NCBI GenBank assembly: GCA_024686195.1
Contig: JAIBDO010000001.1
Coordinates: 1 to 61,522, forward strand
Source of the DNA: Gammaproteobacteria bacterium
GTDB lineage: Bacteria; Pseudomonadota; Gammaproteobacteria; GCA-001735895
Reading direction: 5' to 3'
Length of the DNA stretch: 61,522 nt
Position numbers and translations under genes: made by a program. The notes below the pieces were generated by a model. It worked only from the letters and a program-made list of their open reading frames with translations, ran no database searches and had not been told where the DNA came from. Below are positions 1 to 9,446 of the stretch, in pieces (within the stretch, counting starts at the first letter, position 1; every line of letters begins with the position of its first letter).

Positions 1-504
1 ACTGTCTGTGGCGATTCGGGTATGCGCATCCACCAGGCCAGGCCCGCCACCCCAGGCTTCCAGCGTCAAACCGCCCCAGAACTTGAAACGGCCATCCACC
101 TTGAAAGCCTGTCTGCCATAAATCGGCATGAAACGGATGCCCTTGTCGCGCATCCAGTGCAGGGTATCGCGCGAGGACATCACAAGGCGTTCACAGAGAT
201 CGGGATCAGTCCGATACGACGTCACCCGGAACATATCGTCGTAAAACTGATCCGTGGTGTAACTGCCGAAATCGGTAATGGCGATTTGCTCTTCCGGTAA
301 ATCGGGGCAGAGTGCACGTATGTCGTCCACACCCTCGTAGGCAAAACGAATGGCACCGGCGGTGAAGCGGCTATTGCCGCCATTTTCACTTTGTGGAGCG
401 CGCTCCAGCATCAACACGCTGGCAGCTTTTTCCTGGGCCGCGTGTGCAGCGCAAAAAGCCGCGTTACCGGCACCTACAATAATGACATCTGGGTTATCGC
501 TCAT
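1..504 (-). CDS. FAD-dependent oxidoreductase (fumarate reductase/TcuA-like flavoprotein), 5' part only; the gene continues past the left window edge
   Basis: Absent from the ORF track because no stop lies inside the window. My reverse-strand translation from ATG 504-502 reads MSDNPDVIIVGAGNAAFCAAHAAQEKAASVLMLERAPQSENGGNSRFTAG... It has a GxGxxA dinucleotide-binding motif followed by GGNS, as in FAD_binding_2-type flavoproteins. The start is 4 nt after the stop of the upstream ThDP-enzyme gene. Confidence 0.7.
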   Translation of the reverse strand, partial: MSDNPDVIIVGAGNAAFCAAHAAQEKAASVLMLERAPQSENGGNSRFTAGAIRFAYEGVDDIRALCPDLPEEQIAITDFGSYTTDQFYDDMFRVTSYRTDPDLCERLVMSSRDTLHWMRDKGIRFMPIYGRQAFKVDGRFKFWGGLTLEAWGGGPGLVDAHTRIATDS

Positions 505-507
505 AAT

Positions 508-2181
508 CTATTTCTTGAAAAGGTCCTTGCGCAAAGCACTCAAAGCCTCGGTGTCGACCTTGACATGAATGACCGCGGGTTTGCCGGCTGCCAGTGCTGA
601 CTTCAGGGCGGCCGCGGTTTCTCCAGCCCGGCTTACGCGGTACCCGCGCGCGCCACAGAGTTCAGCGAAGTCGGCGTAGTCGGGGCTGATGATATCAGCA
701 CCCAGCAAGCGGCCACCGAAAAACTCTTTCTGGTAGGCTTTTTCAGCACCCCAGGCGCCATTGTCGATAACGACGACAATAACTGGTAGATCATAGGTAA
801 CCGCGGTGGATAGTTCAGCCATGGTAAAACCAAAACCGCCATCGCCCATGACGGCGATAACGGGGCGGTTTCTGGCCGCAGCCTGTGCGCCGATAGCGGC
901 CGCATAAGCAAATCCGACGAGACCGAAATCGAGTGGCGTGATCAGCCCCGGTGCCTGGTAGTGAGCGAGTCTGTCTGCGGCCTGCAAACAGGCATTACCG
1001 GTATCGATGGTGACGATGGCATCTTGCGGCATAGCTTCGCGGATCTCGCCTAATACTCGCTTCGGCAGCAATGGCATTGATTCATCGAGGGCCTCCTGAC
1101 GTCGTTGGCGGGTCAGCTCGGCCTTGTCGAGCTGAAATTGTTCGAGCCATTCCTGCCAGTTCATCGTTGGCGGGGAAAGGATTATGGCGTCGGTTATGGC
1201 CTCGGTGCTGGCTCTTGCATCTGCCTGGATACCCAGTTCTACCGGAAAATAACGGCCGATGGCGCGGGCTTCAACATCGATCTGAACGATGCGGGCGTTC
1301 GCTGAAATGTACTCGTTGCTGTGAAAGGTGGAGTTGAAGGCGAGCCGATTGCCGATGGCCAGTATCAGATCCGCATTTGCGGTCAATCCACTGGCAACCG
1401 AATTGCCTCTTGGCCCTGCCTGCCCTGCAAACAACGGGTGATCATGCGGCATCACATCGGCGTGACCGGTCGAGGCGACGACCGGAATCTGCAGGGCTTG
1501 CGCCAGCGTTTGCAGCGCCTTACTGCCTTTGGACCATTTCAATCCGCCACCGGCAAAGATAAGCGGAGCGCGACTTTGCGCCAGCAGCTGAAGTATCTGC
1601 AGGATCTGTTGTTGCGTTGCTGCGGCGCCTTCGACAGGCGAGGGTGGCGCAATTGCGTCCATCGCAAAACGATCTGCAAACAAATCGCGGGGCACATGCA
1701 GGACGACGGGTCCCTTGCGTCCGGAATTGGCCAGGCGAACGGCATCATTGAACATTTCCGGCAAGCGCTCGACCTGCGGGACCACGATTGACTGTTTGCT
1801 GATCGACTTGAACAGGCTGACCTGATCAAATTCCTGAAAGGTGTCGCGACCCTGATGCTCGCGCGTGGTCATGCCGGCGATTGCGATCAGCGGCGAATAG
1901 GCGAGATGAGCTTCAACCACGCCTGTGGTCAGGTTGGCTACTCCAGGACCGGATTGCGCGCCGAGCACAACACCGGTCGTGCCGGTAACCCGGGCATAAG
2001 CATCGGCCATGTGCGCTGCGGCGCGTTCGTCCCGGGCACCGATGTAATTCACCGCATCATCCTGGTAAATGGCATCGTATAGTTCGAGCATCGAACCACC
2101 CAGCAAACCAAACACGGTATTGATACCATTGGCTTTCAAGCTGTGCAGAATTGCCTCACCACCGTTTATTAGCTGTTTCAT
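508..2181 (-). CDS. Thiamine-diphosphate-dependent enzyme (acetolactate synthase large subunit-like family)
   Basis: 557-aa ORF. The N-terminal pyrimidine-binding domain reads GARDERAAAHMADAYARVTG...GPGVANL. The C-terminal ThDP/Mg motif reads GDGGFGFTMAELSTAV...VIDNGAWG. Substrate cannot be assigned from sequence. Confidence 0.9.
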   Translation of the reverse strand: MKQLINGGEAILHSLKANGINTVFGLLGGSMLELYDAIYQDDAVNYIGARDERAAAHMADAYARVTGTTGVVLGAQSGPGVANLTTGVVEAHLAYSPLIAIAGMTTREHQGRDTFQEFDQVSLFKSISKQSIVVPQVERLPEMFNDAVRLANSGRKGPVVLHVPRDLFADRFAMDAIAPPSPVEGAAATQQQILQILQLLAQSRAPLIFAGGGLKWSKGSKALQTLAQALQIPVVASTGHADVMPHDHPLFAGQAGPRGNSVASGLTANADLILAIGNRLAFNSTFHSNEYISANARIVQIDVEARAIGRYFPVELGIQADARASTEAITDAIILSPPTMNWQEWLEQFQLDKAELTRQRRQEALDESMPLLPKRVLGEIREAMPQDAIVTIDTGNACLQAADRLAHYQAPGLITPLDFGLVGFAYAAAIGAQAAARNRPVIAVMGDGGFGFTMAELSTAVTYDLPVIVVVIDNGAWGAEKAYQKEFFGGRLLGADIISPDYADFAELCGARGYRVSRAGETAAALKSALAAGKPAVIHVKVDTEALSALRKDLFKK

Positions 2182-2196
2182 TTATTACTTGCTGTC

Positions 2197-4146
2197 CTAA
2201 AGATTCATTGCGGTTTGCATGCCTTCGAAAATGGCTTCTTCCGCGGTGCGTGGTACCACGCAATCGCCTATCGCCAGCGGATCTATGCCCGCTGCGCGCA
2301 ATTCGATTTCAAGCTGTCCGTCTGCCTGCTGACCCATGGCGAGTACCAGCGTGTCGATAGTGTCGAATATAATCGCTTCGTCAGTCAGTGTATTCTGAAA
2401 ATATACGCAATCCCCGTCGCTGCCGTAAAGCCGTGCATGGGTAACCACCTCGACCCCCAGTTTGTAAAGTCGCCCAAGATAATAATTGCGCGTGTAGATT
2501 TGCAACGCCTCGCCGGCCAGTGCCGCATTTACCACCAGTTTTACCCGGCAACCGTCGCTGGCCAGGCGTTCGGCGAGACCGATCCCGGTCCAGTCGCCGC
2601 GCCAGTCGGCCACCACCACGTTGGTACCGATTGAGCAACGCTTAAGCAAAACATCTTCGTAGTCGATGGTGCGCTCTGGATCGAAGCTGCCCGCGGCGGG
2701 GAAGTAAGCTTGCGCGCCGGTGGCAAGAACGATGCTATCTGCCTGCAGGGTCTGCAGCATATCGCTATCAACAGCGCAGTTGGTAACCAGCTGTATGTCA
2801 GCTGCTTCGAGCTCATGCATGAGGTTGGTTACGAGTCCACCGAATTCTTCACGACCGGGAAGCAGCTGTGCCAGCAACGCCTGACCACCGGGTTGGGGTG
2901 CCTTATCGTAAAGCGTTACGGCGTGTCCTCTGCTGGCGGCAACGACCGCACATTTCAGGCCGGCGGGGCCGGCACCGACCACCACAATCCTGCGGCTTGA
3001 TGCGGCTGTTTGCAGACCGTTGAACTTCAGCTCGCGGCCCGACTGCGGATTCTGAATGCAGGAAATTGGCAGGCCTTTATGCGCCCGCCCGATGCAGGAC
3101 TGATTACACCCGATACAGGCACGAATATCGTCATAGCGGCCAGCCTGGGCTTTGTTCGGCATCTCAGGGTCACAGATCATGGCGCGGGTCATGCCGCAGA
3201 GATCCGCCTGACCACGTGAAATCATCTGTTCGGCGACCTGTGGCTGGTTGATGCGTCCGGTGACGATGACCGGAATATCAAGTTTCCCTCGTATCTGTTC
3301 CGAAATGGGGCCGAGATAACCAGCGCTGAAGCCCATTGACGGCGAAATATGCACCGATGCACCCAGGGTAGCGGAGGAACCGGCGACCAGGCTGACATAG
3401 TCGAGTTGCGCCTGCAGCGCCAGGCATATGTCGGTTACCAGGGGTTCTTCCACGCCTTCCGGTTCGTAATCGTTTGCCGACAGGCGCAGACCCAGGGTAA
3501 GCCCAGGGGCCTGCTGGTGAATCGCGGTGATGACATCGCGAGTGAATTTCAGCCGTGAGTCAAAGTCGCCGCCGTAGTCATCGTTGCGTTGATTGACCGC
3601 AGGGCTCAGAAACTGCGCGGGCAGATAGCCATGGCTGCCGACAATCTCGACACCATCGAAGCCCGCTTGTTGCAGGTTTTTCGCGCAGTTTGCATAACCG
3701 TCGATGATTGACTCGATCAACGCTATGTCCATCGCTTTCGGCATGATATGAAAGCGTTCGTTGGGCAGTGCTGATGGTGCATAAGCGATTGCCCCAAAAC
3801 CGTCGGCGGTCGACATAACTTCTCGGCCGGGATGGAACAACTGGGCGAAGATGCGGCAGTCGTGACGATGACAGGCCTCCGCCAGCTGACGGTATGCCTG
3901 TATCGACGAATCGTCAAAAAATGACAGCAGCTTGCTGGAAAAGCCGGCGCTCGGGTGCACGGCAATAATTTCGGAGATGATCAGGCCGGCACCGCCGCGG
4001 GCGCGGGATTCGTGATAGGCAATCAGCTCCGGACCCGGTTCGCGGTCCGCCAGGTAGGTGTGATGTCCAGTCGAAACAATGCGGTTCTTCAGCGTTGTAC
4101 TGCCCAGCTTTATTTGAGAAAACAGCTGAGGAAAATGATTGCTCAT
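2197..4146 (-). CDS. FMN/4Fe-4S/FAD(NAD) flavoprotein of the trimethylamine dehydrogenase / 2,4-dienoyl-CoA reductase / N-methylproline demethylase family
   Basis: 649-aa ORF. OYE-type barrel motif HGYLPAQFLSPAVNQRNDDYGG. Cys cluster RYDDIRACIGCNQSCIGRAHKGLPISCIQNP. Second dinucleotide fold VVVGAGPAGLKCA. The ATG overlaps the stop of the MttB-family gene (ATGA). Confidence 0.9.
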   Translation of the reverse strand: MSNHFPQLFSQIKLGSTTLKNRIVSTGHHTYLADREPGPELIAYHESRARGGAGLIISEIIAVHPSAGFSSKLLSFFDDSSIQAYRQLAEACHRHDCRIFAQLFHPGREVMSTADGFGAIAYAPSALPNERFHIMPKAMDIALIESIIDGYANCAKNLQQAGFDGVEIVGSHGYLPAQFLSPAVNQRNDDYGGDFDSRLKFTRDVITAIHQQAPGLTLGLRLSANDYEPEGVEEPLVTDICLALQAQLDYVSLVAGSSATLGASVHISPSMGFSAGYLGPISEQIRGKLDIPVIVTGRINQPQVAEQMISRGQADLCGMTRAMICDPEMPNKAQAGRYDDIRACIGCNQSCIGRAHKGLPISCIQNPQSGRELKFNGLQTAASSRRIVVVGAGPAGLKCAVVAASRGHAVTLYDKAPQPGGQALLAQLLPGREEFGGLVTNLMHELEAADIQLVTNCAVDSDMLQTLQADSIVLATGAQAYFPAAGSFDPERTIDYEDVLLKRCSIGTNVVVADWRGDWTGIGLAERLASDGCRVKLVVNAALAGEALQIYTRNYYLGRLYKLGVEVVTHARLYGSDGDCVYFQNTLTDEAIIFDTIDTLVLAMGQQADGQLEIELRAAGIDPLAIGDCVVPRTAEEAIFEGMQTAMNL

Positions 4147-5693
4147 GCTGGCTGCATCAGCTTTTCATCGAGCAGGATCCGGTAGCGATCGCGGATCCAG
4201 CGATCCTGTTCAGGGGTGATCAACTCGGGATAGTGGGCTTTCAGAACGTCCCTGGCTGTCATTTTGGCGCGCTGGTATATATCAAGTGAGCCAGCCTGTT
4301 TCCAGTCATCGGGTGATTGACGATTGGCGACCTGTGGGTAGAGGTAATCGCTTTTCATGCGCTGCAGGGTTTGTGGCGCGCCGAGGTAGTGTCCTTCACC
4401 GTTAACCACGTCCTCGATCACGTCCAGTGCCAGCGTCTCTTCGCTGACTTCAATTCCGCGCACACCGCGCAATACTGAACCGATCATGTCGTTGTCGATG
4501 ACATAGCTCTCGAACGATGCTCCGAGCAGGCTGGCCTGCAGGCCGCAACCCTGGGTAATGATATTGGCGCCGGCATGGGCCGCCAGCGTCAAGCCGTGGC
4601 ATTTTTCGTATCCGTGCTGGGCATCGGGTGTCTTGGCATCGGTCATCCCTGCCATTGAGCTGGTGACGAAGCCGTAGTAGCGACCCATCTGCGCCGTAGC
4701 CGCCATCAGTACTCCCTGTTCGCCGCTGCCACCCGACATCGACCCGGTGCGCAGATCCGAGACCAGCGCCTTGGGCGCAAAAATCGCCTTCACCTGCGGG
4801 TCGATCAGGTAACAGAACACCATTCCGGCCAGCGATTCTGCAACTGATTGCACGACCGAGCCGGCGAGGGTGGCGGGGCTGGTAGCCCCGGCCTGTCCTG
4901 CGGAGATCAATTGCACCGGGTAGCCCAGACGGACACCGGCCTCTAATACCTTGCAGGATTCTTCGGCAAAGCGCATCGGTGGCACGACATGGCAACACAG
5001 CAGCGTACAAAACGGTTTTTTACGAAACTCGCCCGCGCCACCGGCAAGCAGATCGAAGTACTCGTTTATTTTTTCCACATGTTCGGCTTCAAAGAAGCTC
5101 ATGCCGATGTGTTTACTGGTGCCGGCGGTAGACACATAGGCCGTGTTCAAATCCAGTGACCAGGCATCCGGGCAATCACGAGCGACCAGTGATCGATTGA
5201 AAAAGTGGATGTTATCCAGCGAGTCGACCAGTCGAGCCGCATCGTAGAGATCTTGTAATAAAGCGTCCCGGTATAGTCCTGTTTCCAGATCGACCATATT
5301 GGGTGAGGCACCACCGGTGCCAACATGAACGCGATCCCCGGATACCTGCAGATCCCGGCCCTCGGCGCGACCGTGTAAGGTGAATGACTTGCAGGTGTTT
5401 GCAATGACGTCGTCCACCAGTGCACGCGGGAAAAGAAGCCGCCCCTGCTCAGTCAGGCGTCCACCTTTGGCGCTCACCAGCTCGATCATTGAGGGAATTG
5501 CCTGGCTCAGCCCGACTCTTTCCAGCAGGTCGAGTACGGCAGTGTGAATGCGCTCCTCTTCTATTATGGACAGGGGCTTGTAGTGGCCGCCCTCAACGCC
5601 TGGCCAAACCGGCGGCTGAGCCATCTCGGCCTGATCCAGTGACTCTTCGAGCCGCCGTTGGCGGCGAGGGTTTTTTCGACTTCGCTTTTCCAT
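4143..5693 (-). CDS. Trimethylamine methyltransferase (MttB) superfamily protein, non-pyrrolysine type
   Basis: Uninterrupted ORF of the length and pattern expected for the MttB family (Arg-rich N-terminus, ...YKPLSIIEEERIHTAVLDLLERVGL..., GTGGASPNMVDLETG). The track starts it at TTG 5750; I prefer the first ATG at 5693 (MEKRSRKNPRR...). The start is uncertain. Confidence 0.85.
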   Translation of the reverse strand: MEKRSRKNPRRQRRLEESLDQAEMAQPPVWPGVEGGHYKPLSIIEEERIHTAVLDLLERVGLSQAIPSMIELVSAKGGRLTEQGRLLFPRALVDDVIANTCKSFTLHGRAEGRDLQVSGDRVHVGTGGASPNMVDLETGLYRDALLQDLYDAARLVDSLDNIHFFNRSLVARDCPDAWSLDLNTAYVSTAGTSKHIGMSFFEAEHVEKINEYFDLLAGGAGEFRKKPFCTLLCCHVVPPMRFAEESCKVLEAGVRLGYPVQLISAGQAGATSPATLAGSVVQSVAESLAGMVFCYLIDPQVKAIFAPKALVSDLRTGSMSGGSGEQGVLMAATAQMGRYYGFVTSSMAGMTDAKTPDAQHGYEKCHGLTLAAHAGANIITQGCGLQASLLGASFESYVIDNDMIGSVLRGVRGIEVSEETLALDVIEDVVNGEGHYLGAPQTLQRMKSDYLYPQVANRQSPDDWKQAGSLDIYQRAKMTARDVLKAHYPELITPEQDRWIRDRYRILLDEKLMQPA

Positions 5694-5797
5694 AGCCGCA
5701 ACAAATGAACCTGAAAGCTCAAATATATTCACTTTACAGGCTTGCGACAAACGAGAATAATCAGCCCGATACCTGAATACAATTCATCTATAGGCGA

Positions 5798-6688
5798 ATG
5801 CGACAGATACGTTCAGTACAGGCGTTAAAAACTTTTGAAGCGGCTGCGAGACACCTGAGTTTCAAGTATGCGGCGCAGGAACTGTGCGTTACTGCCACCG
5901 CGATCAGTCACCAGATCAAAACTCTCGAGGCTCAGCTGGGTTTCGTGCTGTTCAAACGCAAGGTGCGACGGATTGAGCTGACGGACCAGGGGTATGAATT
6001 GTTTAATACCCTGCGCAAAGCTTTCGACGACATAGACGACACCATCAACCAGATTGAAACGCGCAGTAAACGTGATGTCGTGACCCTGGGCCTCGGACCA
6101 ATTATCGGAGCACGTTGGTTGGCACCTCGGCTCGGAGACCTCTGGGAAAGCCATCCCGACATTGACTTGCGCCTGCACCACATCACCTTTCCGCTACAGA
6201 AAAGTGCCGATTTGTTCGACCTCGCGATCGCCTGGGGAGATGGTCACTGGCCACAAATGGAAGTCACGCCGTTCATCGATATCAAGTTGACCCCGGTGAT
6301 GTCACCGCAACTGCCACAACCTGGCCAGGCGGCGGATCTGTTGCAGCAGGTGTTAATTCACGAGCGTAACCGTAAGGGATGGCAACAGTGGTTTGCGCAA
6401 GCCGGAGTCGAATACGATGGAACCGCCGGGACCACCATCGATGATGCCAATCTGGTGCTGCAGGCCACGCTCAATGCACAGGGTGTTTCGCTTGGAATTT
6501 TGCCATTTGTTAGCGAAGATCTGCGCAATGGCAAGTTAGTTCGACCGTTTGACCTTGCCGTCGACCCCGAGTTTTCCTACTACCTGATTTATCGCAAGAA
6601 GAGCCTTAACAAGCCCGCAGTTGAGGCGGTGAGGGACTGGTTGCTCTCCAATATTCAGCAATCGGAGCCGCCTGCACGGGCCCGGTGA
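5798..6688 (+). CDS. LysR-family transcriptional regulator (GcvA-like)
   Basis: 296 aa with an N-terminal wHTH (FKYAAQELCVTATAISHQIKTLE) and a LysR substrate-binding domain. Divergent from the MttB-family operon. Confidence 0.9.
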   Translation: MRQIRSVQALKTFEAAARHLSFKYAAQELCVTATAISHQIKTLEAQLGFVLFKRKVRRIELTDQGYELFNTLRKAFDDIDDTINQIETRSKRDVVTLGLGPIIGARWLAPRLGDLWESHPDIDLRLHHITFPLQKSADLFDLAIAWGDGHWPQMEVTPFIDIKLTPVMSPQLPQPGQAADLLQQVLIHERNRKGWQQWFAQAGVEYDGTAGTTIDDANLVLQATLNAQGVSLGILPFVSEDLRNGKLVRPFDLAVDPEFSYYLIYRKKSLNKPAVEAVRDWLLSNIQQSEPPARAR

Positions 6689-7167
6689 TCTTGAAATGAT
6701 GGTAGTCAGGGACTGTGGACCACAGCGCTTATGGAGCGGTGTAAAGATGTTCTGCATGACTTCATGCCAAGCGTGATTGCTCGACATTTTCCAGTCGTCG
6801 TTAGTCCAGAGGGCTGCAGCGGAACTGTCGACAGAATTTGCAAATGGACGCTGAGGACAGGTGTCGAAGAGTACAAAAATGCCGCCAAAGCGGCACAACT
6901 GGTAAGCTCGCGGCCTTGATAAGCTGGCGGTATATGGCTATACATAGTGGTTCAGGAATGATAGGCAGACAACAGTCTGTAGAGTTTGAGCCTTAATCAA
7001 TGGTTTTCGCTAATTGATCGAAATGAGGCAGGGAACATTTATCGAGAATGCGATACACGATTGATCACCCGAAGACTAGTGATGAACCCGGTCATGGGTT
7101 GAATTGCTCGCCAACGGATTGTTGAGTTTCTCACATTTAACATCTTACAGATGAAAGGAAAAGTTTC

Positions 7168-7908
7168 ATGCGGATTTTAAGATCTCTGGTGGCAACCGTG
7201 ACGTTACTGATTGCAGTGGGCGGACCTGCGCAGGCTCGCGATGTCTCGATGTTAACCGTCGAGTGGGCCCCCCATTATGGTTCAACTCTTCCTGAAAACG
7301 GACTAACGACGGCGTTGGTAAAAGCCGCCTTCAGGGCTGGTGGGCATTCTTCCCAGGTCGACTTTATACCCTGGGCGCGTGCGTTGAAGGAAGTCGAAGA
7401 AGGCAAGGCAGATGTTGTCATGGGGGCATACTATAACGAGGACAGGGCGCAGAAGTATTATTATAGTGATCGCATTTATTCGCTTGATCTGGGTTTGATC
7501 GCGCGCCCCGGGCTCGATGTTCTAAAGTATGAATCCCTGCGCGAATTGTCCGCCTACAAGATTGGTGTATCGCGCGGATTTGCTAACAGTGAAGAGTTTG
7601 ACGCCGCTGATTACCTGAATAAGGATGTGGCGACTTTCCCCAATCTGAATATTCGCAAACTGTTTCGTGGACGCATTGATATGGCAGTGATGAATTTCGA
7701 CCTGTTCAGGTACGAAGCCAAAAAGGAAGGCTTTTGTATCTCCAATGTTACCTTTATGGATCCGCCGCTGAGTACCGAGGGTCTCTACATGATGGCATCG
7801 CGTAATATTCGTGATGGTAAAAAGATCATTGAGGATTTTAACCGTGGCCTGTTGGCGATTCGTCAGAATGGTGAGTTTGACCGCATCGTCAATCGTTTCC
7901 GCAAATAG
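7168..7908 (+). CDS. Periplasmic substrate-binding protein, family 3 (orphan, no adjacent permease)
   Basis: 246 aa with a signal peptide (MRILRSLVATVTLLIAVGGPAQA) and an SBP_bac_3-like layout. A GAAAGGAAAA purine-rich stretch precedes the ATG. Confidence 0.8.
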   Translation: MRILRSLVATVTLLIAVGGPAQARDVSMLTVEWAPHYGSTLPENGLTTALVKAAFRAGGHSSQVDFIPWARALKEVEEGKADVVMGAYYNEDRAQKYYYSDRIYSLDLGLIARPGLDVLKYESLRELSAYKIGVSRGFANSEEFDAADYLNKDVATFPNLNIRKLFRGRIDMAVMNFDLFRYEAKKEGFCISNVTFMDPPLSTEGLYMMASRNIRDGKKIIEDFNRGLLAIRQNGEFDRIVNRFRK

Positions 7909-7943
7909 CATTTGAGTAACCATAAACGCTAGAGAGCAGCTTA

Positions 7944-8672
7944 ATGAGTAGTGTAAATATCCGATGGTATAGAACGATCCGCATGAAGGTGGTAACGGCA
8001 GTTATCGTCTCCTGTACGGTGGTTTTTGGCGGGCTTAGTGCCTTCAACACCGTGACCGAGCAGGATCAGCTGTCAGCCGACCTGCTTAAATTGACCCAGG
8101 TGACGTCGAAACGCTTGTCGAAACACTTGATCGGTCCGATGTGGGATCTGGACAGAGATCTGGTCGACTCGGCACTGGAAGCGGAGATGCTGGAAGAGAA
8201 TGTCGCGGCCATCGTAGTCTGGGATGAGGGTGGGAACATCGTTTTTTCTGCACGTGAGCGCAGTGCTGATGGAAGTCTGCTGGTGTCCAATGGCGCCATT
8301 GCGGGCGACCTGATCAAGGCCAGTGACGAAATCAGCAATGGCGAAAAATCGATCGGTGAAGTTTCAGTGTTTGTCTCCAAGCAACAGTTGAACCAGCAGC
8401 TCGCGGCTTCGACGTTCTCTAATCTGACAACACTGACTGCGTTGATCATTGTTATGGCTATTGTCATGACGATCGTTATGAATCAGGTTATCATCGGCCC
8501 CATCACCCGGCTGGCCAAACATGCCGACGATATCAGCCACGGTGACCTGAAACAGAACATCGTGCCAGAGTCGCATGACGAAATCGGACTTCTGGCGGAA
8601 GCCTTCCACCGCATGCAAAACAGCATGAGGGTGGCCTTTAAGCGACTTTATGCGAAGACGAAATCTGCATGA
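7944..8672 (+). CDS. Membrane sensor with a periplasmic Cache/PDC-like domain and a HAMP domain but no output domain
   Basis: 242 aa: TM1 (VVTAVIVSCTVVFGGLSAF), about 130 aa periplasmic, TM2 (LTTLTALIIVMAIVMTIVM), then HAMP (IIGPITRLAKHADDISHGDL...DEIGLLAEAFHRMQ). The protein ends about 20 aa after HAMP. Confidence 0.75.
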   Translation: MSSVNIRWYRTIRMKVVTAVIVSCTVVFGGLSAFNTVTEQDQLSADLLKLTQVTSKRLSKHLIGPMWDLDRDLVDSALEAEMLEENVAAIVVWDEGGNIVFSARERSADGSLLVSNGAIAGDLIKASDEISNGEKSIGEVSVFVSKQQLNQQLAASTFSNLTTLTALIIVMAIVMTIVMNQVIIGPITRLAKHADDISHGDLKQNIVPESHDEIGLLAEAFHRMQNSMRVAFKRLYAKTKSA

Positions 8673-8720
8673 TACGACTGAGAATTCGATCGTGACATTT
8701 ACGGATCACCCGGAGTCGAG

Positions 8721-9293
8721 ATGAGCGATTGGCTTGTTTACGACGATATCGTTGATCTTGTGCGCAGTCGGCATCATGACGGGTACAGCGGTCTGTTGAC
8801 CGGAGTCACCGAGCGCCAGCATTCGTTCCAGGTCGGTTTCGATAACGGCAATATCGTGTTGTTGTCCTATCGCATCAGGAAGGGCCTGGCAGCGTTGCAG
8901 CTGATCTCACAGATCGAACGCGCGAAAATCTCCGAGTATCCGGTTGCGGCTCCGGTAGAGCTATCAGGTGACGTGCCTGATACCAGCACCATTCTGTCGA
9001 GTTTAACCTCGAATACGCGCGACGACACGACCTCGATTACTGAAATCAGTGACGTCCCCAGTCCGCAGAGTATGAGTAACTCCGGGCAATCAAGCACGGT
9101 GGATGCGAAAATGAAAGCGATTATAGAAGCTGCTGCAATCCATCATTTTGGCCCCATCGGTGCAATGGTTTGTGCAGAACATCTGCATGAGTCGCGTGCA
9201 GATGTGCGTCAGCTTATGCTTGAAATCGTGAATGAGATTGGTGCTAGCGAAGCTGATTCCAGAGCATTTTTTGAATCGATATCCAACGCTTGA
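8721..9293 (+). CDS. Hypothetical protein (two small domains joined by a Ser/Thr-rich linker)
   Basis: 190-aa ORF, 48 nt after the HAMP gene, with no competing ORF. I recognise no family. The C-terminal segment IIEAAAIHHFGPIGAMVCAEHL looks like a conserved helical module. Confidence 0.55.
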   Translation: MSDWLVYDDIVDLVRSRHHDGYSGLLTGVTERQHSFQVGFDNGNIVLLSYRIRKGLAALQLISQIERAKISEYPVAAPVELSGDVPDTSTILSSLTSNTRDDTTSITEISDVPSPQSMSNSGQSSTVDAKMKAIIEAAAIHHFGPIGAMVCAEHLHESRADVRQLMLEIVNEIGASEADSRAFFESISNA

Positions 9294-9446
9294 TCGCGGG
9301 TCCTGAGGGTATTTACCAGAAAGCGGAACTTCAGCACGCACGGGAAAATCAGCTCGCCAACAGCAATACTTTATCTGGCCTATGCGTTTGTGATGCCGAT
9401 AGTTAATGCAGCTGCCTGGGGCCGGTAGCGTTATCGGAAAGCGGCC

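Noticed and set aside
4143-5750. In-frame amber (pyrrolysine) codon in the MttB-family gene
   Set aside because: The reading frame is uninterrupted. No internal TAG is needed to obtain a full-length protein, and no pyl genes are present.
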